Shown: piece after piece, positions 13,688 through 27,680 of the stretch
Layout: each line of letters opens with the position of its first letter
Position numbering within the stretch: the first letter of the stretch is position 1
DNA from: Felis catus
Lineage: Eukaryota
Assembly: GCF_018350175.1 (NCBI RefSeq)
Contig: NC_058368.1
Location: forward strand, 37,326,001 to 37,390,000
Reading direction: 5' to 3'
Length of the DNA stretch: 64,000 bases
Position numbers and translations under genes: made by a program
Notes under the pieces: generated by a model
The model's database searches: none
Seen by the model: the letters and a program-made list of their open reading frames with translations, nothing else
What the model was told of the DNA's origin: nothing

Positions 13688-13905
13688 GGGGCACCTGGGT
13701 GGCTCAGTTGGTTAAGCTTCTGACTCTTGATTTCTGCTCAGGTCATGGTCTCGCGGTTGGTGAGTTTGAGCCCCTCATCTGGCTCTGTGCTGACAGCTCA
13801 GAGCCTTCTTGGGATTCGCTCTCTCTATTTTTTCTCTCTGCCCCTCCCTTGCTCATTTGCTCTCTTTCTCTCAAAAAAAATATATATATAATTTTATACA
13901 AGTAC
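13688..13905 (+). mobile_element. Can-SINE
   Basis: ggggcacctgggtggctcag head; TSD taaaatgggaggata. Confidence 0.93.
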
Positions 13906-14454
13906 ATAAAATGGGAGGATAAATAGTGATATTGACATCAGCACCTTTTTCATTCCTACTAGTTAAAATCTATACTAATCCTGTTTTTGTCTCCTTCATA
14001 TTTTCATGCCTAAAATATATTTTCAATCCTTTTCTTCCATCGTTCTTCCTTACTAAACACTTCTCGTATTGGTGGTTGAAATAGGGTTTCCAGATAATGG
14101 AGAAGACAACCTCCTGAATAATTACATATTTGCCCCAGTGGCCATACATGATACTTCTGTTACCCACTCCCTCATTTTTGCATGAATTAGAACATAAGAT
14201 CTATATGATGATGGGGTAGATCATACCTGTTCTCACTGCAGAACTTCCTTAGAGTAGCACTCCCAGGTTTAGCTCTAAGTCTCTGCTAAATTGCCTTTTA
14301 TAGTCAAGATATAACAGTTTTCTTCTAAAGTGCATAATGATTCCAATTTGTGTGTTAGGACTACCTGCCATTTGTGCTTTCATTCATTCCATGAATATTT
14401 GTATAAGCCTCTACTATGTAGAAGACATTATTAGGTTTTAGAGCTACAGCTTTT

Positions 14455-14705
14455 TATTTTTTTTATTTAAATAAAAAAACTTTTTTAGTGTTTATTTATC
14501 TTTGAGAGAGACAGGGAGACAGAGAGACAGAAACAGAGCACGAGCAGGGGAGGAGCAGAGAGAAAGGGAGACACAGAATCCGAAGCAGGCTCCAGGTTCC
14601 AAGCTATAAGCACAGAGCCCAACGCGGGGCTCGAACACATGAACCCTGAGATCATGACCTGAGCATAAGTCAGACACTTAACCCACTGAGCCACCCAGGT
14701 GCTCT
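14455..14705 (-). mobile_element. Can-SINE
   Basis: Typical body, (GA)n on plus strand, head at ~14705. Confidence 0.92.
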
Positions 14706-15043
14706 GGCAGCCTTTTATTTTTAAGACAAAGTCGCTGTGCACATCAGGCTTATATTTCAATAACTGTCCCAGACTAAACTTTCCAGAAGGGATGAATAGA
14801 CATGCTATATACCTTTCTAGTGAATGGTGTCTGCTTTTGATGATGACGATGATAACAACATTCTGATGAAAAAAGTCCTGACTCACGCTAATTTATGAGT
14901 TTCATCTTTAAGTATTGTTGGAAATTGTGTCCTATTTTATAGCAAGTTTGGAGGGGATGCCAGTGATGAAATGAATCCCTAATAGGCTGGACGTTAGAAT
15001 ATGAAGTAACAATGGCAAATTACAGAAATAACGGAATTCAAAC

Positions 15044-15185
15044 CTGGTGATTCTCAAACTTCGTTTCATATTCAAATCACTTGGGGAGCTTTTAAAAAAT
15101 CTTGATTACCCTCCTACACCCCAAAGTCATTGAATCAGAAAGTCAATAGGTGGGACCTAGGTATCAGGTGTTTGTTGTTGTTGGT

Positions 15186-15230
<45 letters not shown>

Positions 15231-15450
15231 AACTACCTGGGTTATTTCGACATGCAGACAAGCTTAAGAGCCAGTGATCCAAACACATTTTTATCAACCT
15301 TTAATGTACATGCAAATTGACTGAGGATCTTATTAAATACAGATTCTGGTTTAATAGATCTGGGGTGGGTCCTAGATTCTCCATGTCCCATGAGCAACCA
15401 GATTCTGCTACTGCTGATCTGTGTGCCACACATCAAGTGGCAAGGCTCCA
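15044..15450. mobile_element. MER5A/MER5B-like hAT-Charlie MITE relics, containing (TG)n at 15188-15227
   Basis: gtgattctcaaactt...atcacttggggagcttttaaaaa and attaaatacagattctg...gatctggggtggg motifs. Confidence 0.7.
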
Positions 15451-16044
15451 AACAACACTTCTCAGCTACATGACTGGAAGAGCTCTGTAGCTAGCTACTT
15501 AGCCCTTTTCTGGGCACCGGTTACTTCAAACCCCATTCATGTCAGTGTTCCGTGACAAGGACTGTTAAAAAGCATTCAGGGAAGAGACTGCAATGTCATA
15601 GGTTTTCTGACAAGTTTGAAAACCTTCCCATCCCAACCCAAGCCTGAGCAGGAATGCTGGAACATACATCTGCATGCACTGATCTCTTCCAGGGTCTTCA
15701 AGAAGTACCATCATCGGTACTTGGCTCATGTTTACCCAATGGCCAAACCTCCAGAAGAGAAGAAAAGGCCAGGCTTGGCATCTCCATGTGACACAGCAGT
15801 GCTGTAGCTTCTGCATATTCTAACTGTGTTTCCTAAGTGATTAACCCTAGTATAAACTGTTCCACAACCTAGTGCGTTAGACAGATGTTAAGAAAGACCT
15901 GTTCCTTTTGGTGTATGAAAGTATAGCTTAGAATTGGGCAACATTTAGAAATGAGATATTTAGCCCCAGAAGTGATCACCCCAGTTTCTTACAAAAATGT
16001 ATTCTAAATGATCACAGAAGAAGATCCCTTTGTGGTGTCTCCAC

Positions 16045-16270
16045 AGGTGAACCACAAAACAGAATATTAATTATATAGAACAAACTGAGGATCGATGGAG
16101 GGGAGGTGGGCACAGAGATGGAGTAAATGGGTGATGGGTATTAGGACCGCACTTGTCATGAGCACTGGGTGTTGTATGTGATGAATCACAAAGTTCTACT
16201 ACGGAAACTAATAATACACTATATGTTAACTAACTGGAATTTAAAGACAAACTAAAAAAATGAAAAAAAA
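16045..16270 (+). mobile_element. Carnivore L1 3' end (5'-truncated)
   Basis: aacaaactgagg...gagcactgggtgttgtatg...ctatatgttaactaactggaatttaaa; gtgtctccac repeated on both flanks. Confidence 0.85.
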
Positions 16271-17438
16271 TCCCGTGTCTCCACCCCAATTCTTTTTTCT
16301 TAACTATGAAAATTCTATTCTTGTAATATATTTAAAAATGTTTCAATGTTTGAATTTCAAATGTACTTGAACCATTGTCCCCACTTTTTTCTTAGGTTAG
16401 AATTTAGAACAAAATGCCTATAATCATCAAAAATGGCTGACATACAAAGTGAAAGAGAAATGTACACGTTTAAGAAAGAGAAATTTTTGCCAATTGAGGA
16501 ATAATAGGACTTTGTATTTTAACCTTTCAGTCACAGGAGTTCTGATATGAATCCAAAATATTTGACTGCACTGAAAAATTATAGCATTTTACCAGCACAA
16601 AATGTATTCTATAATCTGGTCCTATTGGGCTATTATGTATTGGTTATGCCAATAATAAATGCCCAATAAAAGTCAGTGTATACTAAATCAATGATTCTAA
16701 TGAACTTCATCTTCTACAGTGAATTTATTTTACAGTAGCTTTTGAATGGGAAGTGGAGTTGGTAGAAAAGTAGAGTAAGAATGTGTTTAAAAAGAAAAAT
16801 TCCCCAAAGTGCTTATTTTCAAAGAATTAAAGATTACAAATCACTTCAAATGATCCATGGATTGGAGAGACTTCCCCATTGGAAAGGCTCCTTTGTCTGC
16901 AGTAACAAAAGAAAGATACATTTTAACATGCATCTTTTTTTTTAAATCATAGCAACCTTTTACATATGCAATCATAACACATCTACCTGTGGTATATCTC
17001 AATTACAAATATCAGCCATTCCGTTCATCTCATCCCAAATTGAGTCTGAGATGAATTCAGCAATTCAGCACTGTTATTCCAGCTTTAGTCAACCGAGAAA
17101 ATCCTTTATGGAAATAAAAATACCTCTGGTTTTCTGTTTATTTCTGTGACCTAGTAAAAATAAAGTGAACACAGAGTTTAACTGGCATGGTTACACTGCC
17201 TGGAACACAGTAGATTCACAATACATGATTTTATGTTCTGTATACATTTATGTGGATTATTCTAAGATTTGTTTTTTTTCTTCACTTAGCAAATTGTAAT
17301 TAGATATGAACTTAACACTCTTGTAAAGAAAAATGTGAACATCTATTGTAAAAGTTGCCCAAAATTCAAAAGGATTTGGTTATAACGAGTCAACCAAGCT
17401 CGGCCTTTAATGGATATGTAATATATTTTTCAGGATAC

Positions 17439-17875
17439 TGTCATAGTTTTCAATTATTGCTTTAACAGATTACCACAAAATTAGCAGCTTAAAATAACAC
17501 CCATTTATTAACTCTTCTTCCCCTCCTTAGAAGTCTGAGTACCGAGCAGCTCAGCTGGTCCTCTCCTGGGTGGTTTACAATGCAGCAATGAAGGTATCAG
17601 CAGGGTTGTACTGCTTTCTGGAAGCTCTGTGGATGAGTGCACTTCTAAGCTCATTCAGATTGTTTGTGAATTCAGTTCTGTATTGTTATAGGACTGAAGT
17701 CCCGTTTTCTTGCTGACTGTGCATTAGGAGTCTATTTCCTTAAGTCTGGGTATCTCCCTATTTTAAGGGCTATAATGTCAATTACATATGCAAACACCTT
17801 TTGCCATGTTACATAACATATTCCAATTTCCCTGAAGTAAGGCATGGACATCTTTGGGGCACTATTTTCCCTGCA
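17439..17875 (-). mobile_element. MaLR LTR (MLT1-type)
   Basis: attgctttaacagattaccacaaaattagcagcttaaaataacac start and ggcatggacatctttggggcactatt end. Confidence 0.75.
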
Positions 17876-20020
17876 GATAGGCTAAGAGATGGATTCTGAG
17901 ATACTGAGCTTTCCTTATGAAACACCAATAGGATGCTTGAGTAGGATCAAGGAAGCTCAAAGGGGAAGAAAACATTGATGTCTGAAGATTCCTCCTGGCT
18001 CAATGAGACAGATATTTTGTAACTTTTCATAGATATTTTACATCTTCCAATATGCACCTTCATTTCTAAGGCCTTTTGGAAATCATCTCCAATTGGGCTA
18101 ATTGACAATCCCCACCAAACAGTTTGATTGCGAATGTTGGTATGTTATGACCCTTCCAACTGTGTGTCCTGAGTCAAGCATAAAGCACAAAAAAGAAATT
18201 CATTTGATTCACTTAAATTGTATTAAATCTCTTATTTCAAAGAATCTTACCAGGCAACTTCTACTCAGTAATTCTTCACAGAAATCTGCATGCTAAATTG
18301 CTAAATACATCTGTAAATGAGATGGAGAAGATGGTATGTTCTATAGTGCTTTTTGTAGGATGAAGTCTTTTGTGGACTAGATGGAGAGATCAGACATATG
18401 CAGGATAGTTGGCTTTGCTAAATTTGAATGCTTAGATGACTCAGTGTAAGCATTTTAAAGATAAGCTAAATACCTGTTATTGAAATTCCTCTCCTTGCAT
18501 TGAATGTTAACTGCTATTTACACAAAATTCTGTAAATAAAATGAATTTTTTTTTTTACTGTTGGAACATGAAAGGATCATAAATCGAAAGCTGTCTCAAA
18601 GCAACAGTGTTTTTAGCACCTGGTTTATGGTCAGCATTGCCCACACTCATCTGGACTTCAAAAATGTTTAGGATTTTATAACAACTACAAAAAATGTGAA
18701 GGAAACTGGTTTCCCAAGTTAATAAGGCAGTGGGGCTGTGTGTGAGGAGGGAAGTTAGGTGGATGATGCTTTTCAAAAGGAAAAAAAAAACCTTTTAAGC
18801 TATTTAATTTTTTAGAATTTCAAAATTGTTCACTTAATTTTTTTTTCCCCTGCTCATCACACTCTACCTTTAACGTACAATGTTTTTTTCCCCATGAATT
18901 TTCTAGAGTTACCTTCCCTTCTTCATAATGAAGTAGAGAATTCAGAATGTATGTGCAGTACTTTTTTATACATTAAAATTAAAATATCATCTCATCATCC
19001 ATTTTGCCATATCTCATAACTTTGAAAATTACCGTTCCATAGTATTATTTGAAAGGTTTACATAACCATTCCGAAAGTACATTTTACGCTCCTATTAAAT
19101 CAAGACCTCACATTGCCAAGATGGCACCTTAAGAAAGTTTATTAACACAAAACCATGACTTTGCAATGACTTAAAGTCGATTTGCAAAATAGAAATCAGG
19201 GCTGTTTGTGAAATATAGAGGCAGGGTTGCTTGTACATATGTAGAGTCCATGAATATCATATTTATGTTTTAATTATTCTGAAATACAAATTTATGATCT
19301 TTCTGAGGGGAGTAAGTGGTTTACAGTGCCTAGTGAATTTATTCCTTTAATGTTTTAAGTGACAGTTTCCTTTGAGAGTCAGGGAATTCCAATTTTCAAA
19401 ATGAGGAAAAGAAATATATGTTGTAAAGTCAGTTTGCTCATTCTATCCACAGAAAACACTCAATTCCTATTTACTAATTCGTATATATTGCAAAGATGAT
19501 ATTCCCCCAGTAATTTTGATAGTTTCCTCATTAGCTTCCAGTATATACTACATATCTCTGGGTAGCACTTTGATCTGCTATCATGACCCTTGTGTCTCTG
19601 ATAGAGGTACACACGTAAGAGGAACAGGTGAGGAGTAGATGGGAGAAGCAGCATATTCATTTCTATATTTGTGTGGTTTATATTAGTTTCCCCAAACAGG
19701 GGAGTAATCTTTTTGAAGATGGAAGAAAACTTTCCATTGTGCCTAGCACAATGTCTTGCATGTATTAGGCATGGCCTAGTCATGTTTATTAAATGTGTCT
19801 AGTAAATAAATAGTTAATGATAATAGTTTTTATCTTTGTTGAAGCTTCAGGAAATTGTCTCCAAAACTGTAAGGAGAAGGACAATAATACAAAGTTCCGT
19901 TGAGGTTGTAAACTTTGTGATTTAATGAGTTCTTAACATTCAGCCATTCTGGGTTTACCCTCGTTTACCTTACTATATATGTAAGCCTGGTCATCTTCGT
20001 TTTACAATCAGTCATATCCC

Positions 20021-20235
20021 GGGGTGGCTGGGTGGCTCAGTCGGTTGGGTGTCTGACTTCAGCTCAGGTCGTGATCTCGCGGTCTGTGAGTTTGAGCCCT
20101 GCGTCGGGCTCTGTGCTGACAGCTCAGAGCCTGGAGCCTCTTTCAGATTCTGTGTCTCCCTCTCTCTCTGACCTTCCCCCATTCATGCTCTGTCTTTCTG
20201 TCTCAAAAACAAATAAACGTTAAAAAAAATTTTTA
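20021..20235 (+). mobile_element. Felid Can-SINE
   Basis: Perfect 15-bp TSD aatcagtcatatccc at 20006 and 20236. Confidence 0.95.
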
Positions 20236-22344
20236 AATCAGTCATATCCCTTGTATCCACACTTGGACTTACATTTTCTATAATATATACAGGAATTTTG
20301 CATAAGTAAACATTTATTCCCATATTTTAAATAAATTGTATTCCTTCTGTATTTCTGTAGGGCTCATAAAATTGTCCTTGATTATTCTTCTCTATTCTCT
20401 AACCTCTTAACGTTTTATGTTTTCTTACTATTTTCTTGCAAATATTACATTTGTCAGATATATAATTTTATAACTTTCTATATTTTTCTCTTTATGAGGA
20501 GTAACTTTATCTTTTTAAAAAAATTTTAATGTTAATAACTTTATCTTTAAACTTGTATCTATTTTTTCACCTAGTGCATGCAGGGAAGATGCATTATTCT
20601 TAATAATTCAAATGAATAATTAGTTTTGATTGACCTCATTGTTAGATGAGATTTCATCTCAGAGAATTTTTTTGTTCTGTTTTTTGTTTTTTGTTGTTGT
20701 TGTTGTTGTTTTATTTTTTTACTTTTGGTATTGTCTCTGTAAGTATAACACTTTGGTTAAACTTTCTGATGAAGGTAAAATTGAAGTACATGTTTTAAGG
20801 GCAATAGTTGAAGAAAAAGAAAGTAACTACTTTTCTAAATAGGATTTTGAATATTTTTTACATTCATGATTTCTGGTTTTTCTTCTAACTCCTTAAGTTG
20901 TCAAAATTTTTTTCTTGATATTCTATGTCTTAATTTTTTCAACTGTAAAATCAGAGGGTTGAACGAAAGTATCTCTAAAGTTCCATGGTCTGACCATTTA
21001 AATCAAAGCCCTGGTCCCTCATGAGATTTCCAAATGAAAAAGAACATATGAACTCACTGTAAGATAAAAGGGGAAAAAAAGTCAGAGGGCTTCAGAAATG
21101 GATAAGTATATTAGATTGCTTTGAGCGTATGGGCCTTCAATCTAAAACACTATCAGTTTTATGGATTTTTGTTGTAAAATAAAAATGCTGATTCAATGAA
21201 TCCAATGGAAGAATGAGTGGACAAACTGCTAAGACAACTTCACAACACATTAGTTAATTCCAATAGCAGTAATAATAGTTACTTTTTGAGGAGCACTTCA
21301 CTTGTGTGAAATATTTTACACAAATTCATTTATTTTCAAAATTTCACTATGAGATAGAGCAAGTTCATAATTTCCATGCCGACGAGTCTTAGGAGGACAA
21401 CTTTTTGGAAGAGAGGACAGTGACTTTTCTTGAATCTAGGACTGCATACAATACTGTTTTAACATCTGCTCTGTGTTTATTGAGCCAGTTTGAAACTCCC
21501 ACCAGTGAGCACTAGATACTAGTAAATTAATCACTTACACAAGATAAACTGAGGCATAAGATATGTTATATGACTTCTTTCATCCAAAAATGATGTTAAA
21601 CCTCAAGACCTATGTACTTCTTCACCCTAGGTACCCATTTCACAGGCTCATGGTTTCTGGATCTTGTTCAGAATTGCCTGCAAGAGACATTTCACTGTTT
21701 CTTGATACGCACACAACACATGAAATTATATTTGCATCTTATTTGTCCATTTGACATTTTGTTGTCTTTTTCCATAAATTTTTAATATGACTCTTCCACC
21801 TCTGGAGATGTTTAGGGCAACTACAAGCAAATAGATAAAATATTCGTCATGAGGTCAGCTTCTTGTTGGGATATCTACCACATGGGCCCACGATGTTTGT
21901 TAAATTGAATAGAATTGACAGTAATCAATACGAAATAAACTGGGTATATTAGTGCCTTTATAATTCCATCTGTGTCATAAAACCCAACATTAGAAAGGGG
22001 GTTATAGCTCCAATGCTTTCATTGCTCATTTAATGGTTAGTGAATGAGTTCCCTCTCCTTTTCAAATTTGTAAAATAGGCCTGAAAACCAATTATGAAAA
22101 TTGTGAATTTTCTGGTCTCTCACATGTGTATTTCCATTTCTATTGGTATCACAAGTTTATAGCTTTAGTTTATAGCTTTATCAGCTATAAATTACTTACC
22201 GGCTGTATTCCATACTATAGAATATCTCTTTTATATTCCCTGATTGAAGGCCTGATCTTTCCCTTAAATTGTCAGTACCTCTTGTAGTGAGTCTCTAGAA
22301 TCTTCTTCAACACAAGCTTTATACATGGCCAAATGATCTTTTTA

Positions 22345-22548
22345 TAAAATTTATTTATGTATTTTGAGAGAGAGAGAGAGAGAGAGTGCACACAAGAGGA
22401 GAAGGGGCACAGAGAGAGAATCCCAAGCAGGCTCTGCATTGTCAGAACACAGCCTGATGTGGGGCTTGAACTCACAAAACTGTGACATCATGTCCGGAGC
22501 CAAAACCAATAGTTGGATGCTTAACCGACCGAGTCACCCAGGTGCCCC
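22345..22548 (-). mobile_element. Can-SINE
   Basis: Head ccaggtgcccc at 22548; TSD atgatcttttta. Confidence 0.92.
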
Positions 22549-22554
22549 AAGATG

Positions 22555-23075
22555 ATCTTTTTAAAACATAAATTCCTGGACCAAAATCTTCGAAGTTCCC
22601 TTTGGGATACCCAAAGATACCTTTGGGATCAAATTGCAAGCTCCAAGTGTGACACAGAGGCCCCCTTCATTACCTGCGGTACACCGACAGCTCCAAGCTC
22701 AGGGTTGATTCTCTTCATCCCTTCAACCACAAATACTAGAAGTCTTCAATCATGACATGCTCACTTTTGCCTGTGTGCCTGTACATTATTCCCTCTTCCT
22801 TGAATACCCTTCTCTCTGTTTCTGCCAACTTCCCCTGGCTACAGTTTTAAATTAGATATCACCTCCTTTGAGAAGCTCCAAATTAGAAACCTGCCTCCTT
22901 TGGGAAGCCAGTACTTTCTAAGATTGGGGTAGGTGCTGTCCATTTGGCATCCTGGGGGTAGGCATTTATCCCACACGTTGTTTTGGGATTGATTGGTTTC
23001 TTAATGGGCTTCTGCATTGTAATCTAAAGTTATCAAGGGTCGAAGACTCTGTCTTGTTCTCAGTTAAATCCCTAG
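22555..23075 (+). mobile_element. L2 3' portion
   Basis: ttttgcctgtg...ttccctcttccttgaataccct...atcacctcctttgagaagc...tgtcttgttctc motifs. Confidence 0.6.
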
Positions 23076-23077
23076 TA

Positions 23078-23850
23078 ATTAAAAGCACAATGAGATATCA
23101 CCTCACACCTGTCGGAATGGCTAAAGTGAACAACTCAGGAAGCAACAGATGTTGGCAAGGATGCAGAGAAAGGGGAACCCATTTACACGGCTGGTGAGAA
23201 TGCAAACTGGTATAGCCACTTTGGAGAACAGTATGGAGGTTCCTCAAAAAATTAAAAATAGAACTGCCCTACGACCCAGCAATTGCACTACTAGTTATTT
23301 ATCCAAAGGATACAAAATTGCTGATTTGAAGGGGCACATGCACCCCGATGTTTATAGCAGTGCTATCGCAATAGCCCAATTGTGGAAAGAGCCCAAATGC
23401 CCAGTGACTGATGAATGGGTAAAGAAGATATGGTATACGGAATATTACTTGGCAATTAAGAAGAATTAAATCTTGCCATTTGCAACAACATGGATGGAAG
23501 TAGAATGTATTATGCTAAGTGAAATAAATCTGGGAAAGGCAAATATCATATGATTTCACTCACATGTGGAATTTAAGAAACAAAACAGATGAACATAGGG
23601 GAAGAGAAGGAAAAATAAGATATAAACAGAGAAGGAGGCAAACCATAAGACTGAAGGTTGCTAGAGGGGTGTTAGGTGGGGGGATGGGCTGCATGGGTGA
23701 TGGGCATTAAAGAGAGCACTTGTTGTGATGAGCAGTGGGTGTTGTATGTAAGTGATGAATCACTAAATTCTATTCCTGAAATCATTATTACACTATATGT
23801 TAACTATCTTGGATTGAAATAAAATGAAATGAAAGAACTAAAATATAAAT
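23078..23850 (+). mobile_element. Carnivore L1 (ORF2 C-terminus plus 3'UTR)
   Basis: cacaatgagatatcacctcacacctgtc...gagcagtgggtgttgtatgtaagtgatgaatcactaaattcta. Confidence 0.92.
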
Positions 23851-26011
23851 GGAATGAATGCCTGATTTTTTTTTTAATCATTGCAGTATTCTTACCTTTT
23901 GACATTAGTGGGCTAAGTCTTAAAAGTTCATCCAGTTTTGTCCTACACCCTTAAAGGAATACATTCCCAATCTGGGGGTTTATCGGAGAAAAAAATGCTA
24001 CCATTTTAAAAACAACTTTGTACAATGACTGACATTTGAAAAATTATTATGGACTGTGTGCATATATGTATGCACATGTGTGTACATATGTATATATTGA
24101 TCTGAAAAACATGTATGATTTTTTCTTATCAGATACAGAAGCAACTAGAAAAGACATTACAGTGGGTCTTTTTCCTCAGGTCTAACTCTCCTCAGGCGTT
24201 ACCAATTTTTTTAATTCATGTTTTTCCTGCTTTAAGCCTATTTGCATGACTGCCAATTTTCTACATTTTAATAAATATCTATTTACAACTCACACTGTAA
24301 AGGCACACTGCTAGGTAGAGATTGCACAAGTCAGCAAAATGGTATTTTGCAGCAATTGGCTGCATTCTTGGAGTGAGTGTGAAACTACTTTAGACGGAAG
24401 GGAAGGCTCAGATATCTATTTATCTGGCCTCTGTGAGCTGAGGCTGCCCAATATTGAGTCAAAAAGCGCCACATGTTCAGTACTGTCTTTCCTCACATTC
24501 TCCATTGTCTTTCAAAGGTCAGGACCCCACAGAATCTTCCCTGCTTCGAGGAGAGATTGGAACCCGAGTCTCCATAGACTCAGGAGAGGATTGCATACAG
24601 TTCCTCCTTTTATGGTTGTTAACTGAAACATTTTCTGGGAGTACGAATTAGAAGCCTTATGAACTATCTTACTGAAATCAAGGCAACTTCATACTGTGTC
24701 TAATACGGCTTCGGTGGTATAATTTCATAGCAAGATCATGCTTGTTGTTTTCATAAAACACATGCAGAACACCCAAAATACAAAGGATTTGGATTTTGTT
24801 TTTAATACACTCATACTACAAAATTATTTTAAAAGAAGAATCTATTTTTTCTTCCTTCCTTTGTAACCACCATTGATAGAAGTGTTACTGCCAGGAAAAC
24901 TTTTTTTTTTTTTTTTAATAGGGTCAGGGAATGACTCTAAAGATTCAAGTAACGGAAATTGTTTTTTCCCCTGTAGCTGAAATTGCTACGTTGGTTTTAA
25001 GTTTCCCAATCCAAATTAATGAACAATTTTCTCAGTAGTCTAAGAATGGATTTGGCAGTGCAAAGATCAGAGCAATCTCTTCTTCGTTAAATTGGGCAAA
25101 GAGGACTCACTGGTTCTCAAACTGTTAAATGGATATTAGGGTTTTTAATGAATGGAACATTTATTTTTGTGCCAGCTCAACTAGCAACATTGACATGATT
25201 AGCATACATTTTGGCAACTGTGCTAGCACAAGGTGTTAGTAAAAAGGGGCTTTTATCTTTGAGCTTAATTTGCTTTAACTTTCCTTGTTACAAATATTTT
25301 TAATGTGAAGGAGATGGTTTTGTAAAGGAAATCCTGGCACAAGACGTTATTCAGAAATATGTCTTTTTATTAATGTTACAGGCATCTCTCATGCTAGAGA
25401 CGAAGTCTATACCCCGAAACACAAAAACGGTCTTCAAATTTAGAAATAAATAAAATATTTTGTTACTTATACTCCTGTTGACCCCACTGCACTCTGGAGG
25501 ATTTTTAAAAATTAATATCACCACTTGTTTCATACATAGTTCCTTCCTTTAAAAAAGAGAAATAAGGTATAAAAATGGTAGAGGGTGGATTCCTCCATTG
25601 CTATAGATCTGTTAGGAATGAAAAGTTTTGGGGGTTAAATGATCTTAGTTTCTTAGCTCAGGTGCCTCTCATACAAAAGGAATTTTCAATAAAAATATAT
25701 TTCCTTTTTTTTTTGTTAACAAACAGTACTGCCTCCTATACTTATTCAAATTGTCAAACTGAAGAAAACAAGAAAAATGAGTTAATACAAATTCAAAAGA
25801 TCTTGGGTGTTTGCATTCAGTTTTTTTTTGCAATGTATTTTTAAAATGTATTGAAAGCTATTGTAACACAGCTAACAGAGGATTTGTTGTAAGTATGTAG
25901 TAAGATGAATGTTTATAGCTGATACTAAATCAAAAATTAATATGCATGTGCACATGCGTGGGTATATATTCTCATGTGAACTTCTGTGAAACATATAGGC
26001 ATACCCTCTAT

Positions 26012-26113
26012 TTTATATATATATATGTATATATACATATATACACACACACATATACACACACACACATATACACACACACATACACATACATACACAC
26101 ACACACACACATA
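26012..26113. repeat. Compound (TA)n/(CA)n microsatellite
   Basis: Direct read. Confidence 0.95.
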
Positions 26114-26114
26114 T

Positions 26115-27680
26115 TCAATGCTTTACCCAATGTTTAATTGAGTAATGAATTAGTTTAATATAAACTCTAGCAAACAGAATATTTATACTGTACCCACATT
26201 TATCTCTAAAAGCAAACAAATGCCAATAACAGGCACTTCAGTGAAAGTACAAGCCTGTGTTCAAATATAAAATGGTAAAAATGAGAAAGAAATTATGAAA
26301 ATATATACCTTTAATTTGCAGACATATAAACACGTTTGGTACAGTACAGACACATGATGCCAAAAAGTAGAATGGTCCAGCTTAAGCTAACACATTCCTT
26401 GTTTACACAGATATTTTGCTATATAGCTCTCCTATAAAATAAAATTCCCAGCTCACACAATGAAGTGAAAGAGATCAATCACCGAGGAACCAGCCTGCTT
26501 CATTGCAAAGGATTCAGTAAAAGCTAAGTTATCAAAGCAATCTGCTGCTGGGCTTACAAATAAACTCTTGGACCTAATCCAAAGCCAAAGGAAGGAAGCC
26601 AGAAATGGTGGCCAACAAACCTAAACGACAACAAAAAAAGAAGTTTAACTTTTATATAAGGGGCCCAACTAAAACAACCAGTAGTGCTCACTAGCATCTA
26701 GAATAATTCCGTTTTAATATGATTTTTACTTACTCATGTGATAAATGAGTCCAAGAACATAAAAACCTAATATATAACCCAAGCATAAAGTATACCTGAC
26801 AAGTTGTCAAAGCACCAAAATGTCGTGAACACCTACAAAGCAACTAAAGATTGAAACATTTCTTTGCTCCTGGCTGTTTTCCTTGGACACAATTTCCAGT
26901 TACAATGTTTGGAAGGGAGAATATATACATTTCCCCTGTAGTAATAGCAAGTGCAGTGGTAAAGCAAACAGAAAGCAATCTGAGTACATGGAAAGTGAAA
27001 TACTCTTCAGCAGGTCAAATCCTTAACACGTGGCCATGTTTTCACCCTTGCTAAAGAGGAATTGCGCTTCTTTGTTAATGCCTTCTCTTTCAAACTATAC
27101 AAGATGTACTTGTGAGGTAATAAACATTCTGTTTACAAATGCATTTCTTTTCTTTCTTATCATACATTTAAGTGCAGTGAAATTCAATTTATTTCAATGT
27201 CATATTTCTTAAATGTTAAAAACAATATATTTAAAATATACTCTTTCATTAATTTCATGTACAACAACTGTCATGTACAATACCTCAAAACTGTTCCCTG
27301 CAAAGGAGTAGTTGATGCCCTCTTGTGGCTAAAGGACTTTTTAGACAAAAAAAAAAATGCAATGTACCATTTTCTTACCTTATTCCCAGGTTCTACCAAT
27401 CTGCTTGGTGAATGAAAGCTGCAAATCATGTCCAAGCTTTTTTTTTTTTTTTTATAACAGTTCTCTATAGCTGTTAGTACTAATTTTCATTAGAAAATGC
27501 TGTACACATTTTATAACCTCTGATTTTGAATTTAAAAACCTGTAAACAGCTTATTTACAATATAGTACAAGTTATAAATTAGTTGTCCTCCATTGGAACT
27601 GCCATCTACACACTCTTGTTTAGGTGATGAGACTACCCCAAGTCAGTGAAAACATCTCTGGGTTATTCCACAATGAAATG
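26115..27680 (-). other. PCDH20: PCDH20 3'UTR (end approximate)
   Basis: Repeat-free AT-rich stretch from the stop codon to paired ATTAAA hexamers followed by a GT-rich tract. Confidence 0.65.
26133..26159 (-). terminator. Probable polyadenylation signals (two ATTAAA)
   Basis: Plus-strand TTTAAT at 26133-26138 and 26154-26159; UG-rich downstream tract at 26012-26113. An alternative proximal AATAAA lies at 27188-27193. Confidence 0.55.

Noticed and set aside
13688..13770. tRNA-like A/B boxes at SINE heads
   Set aside because: Can-SINEs are tRNA-derived; there is no complete cloverleaf, so they are not tRNA genes.
23149..23469. 106-aa ORF, with similar ORFs at 63593-63947
   Set aside because: Frameshifted remnants of the L1 ORF2 C-terminus in truncated elements.
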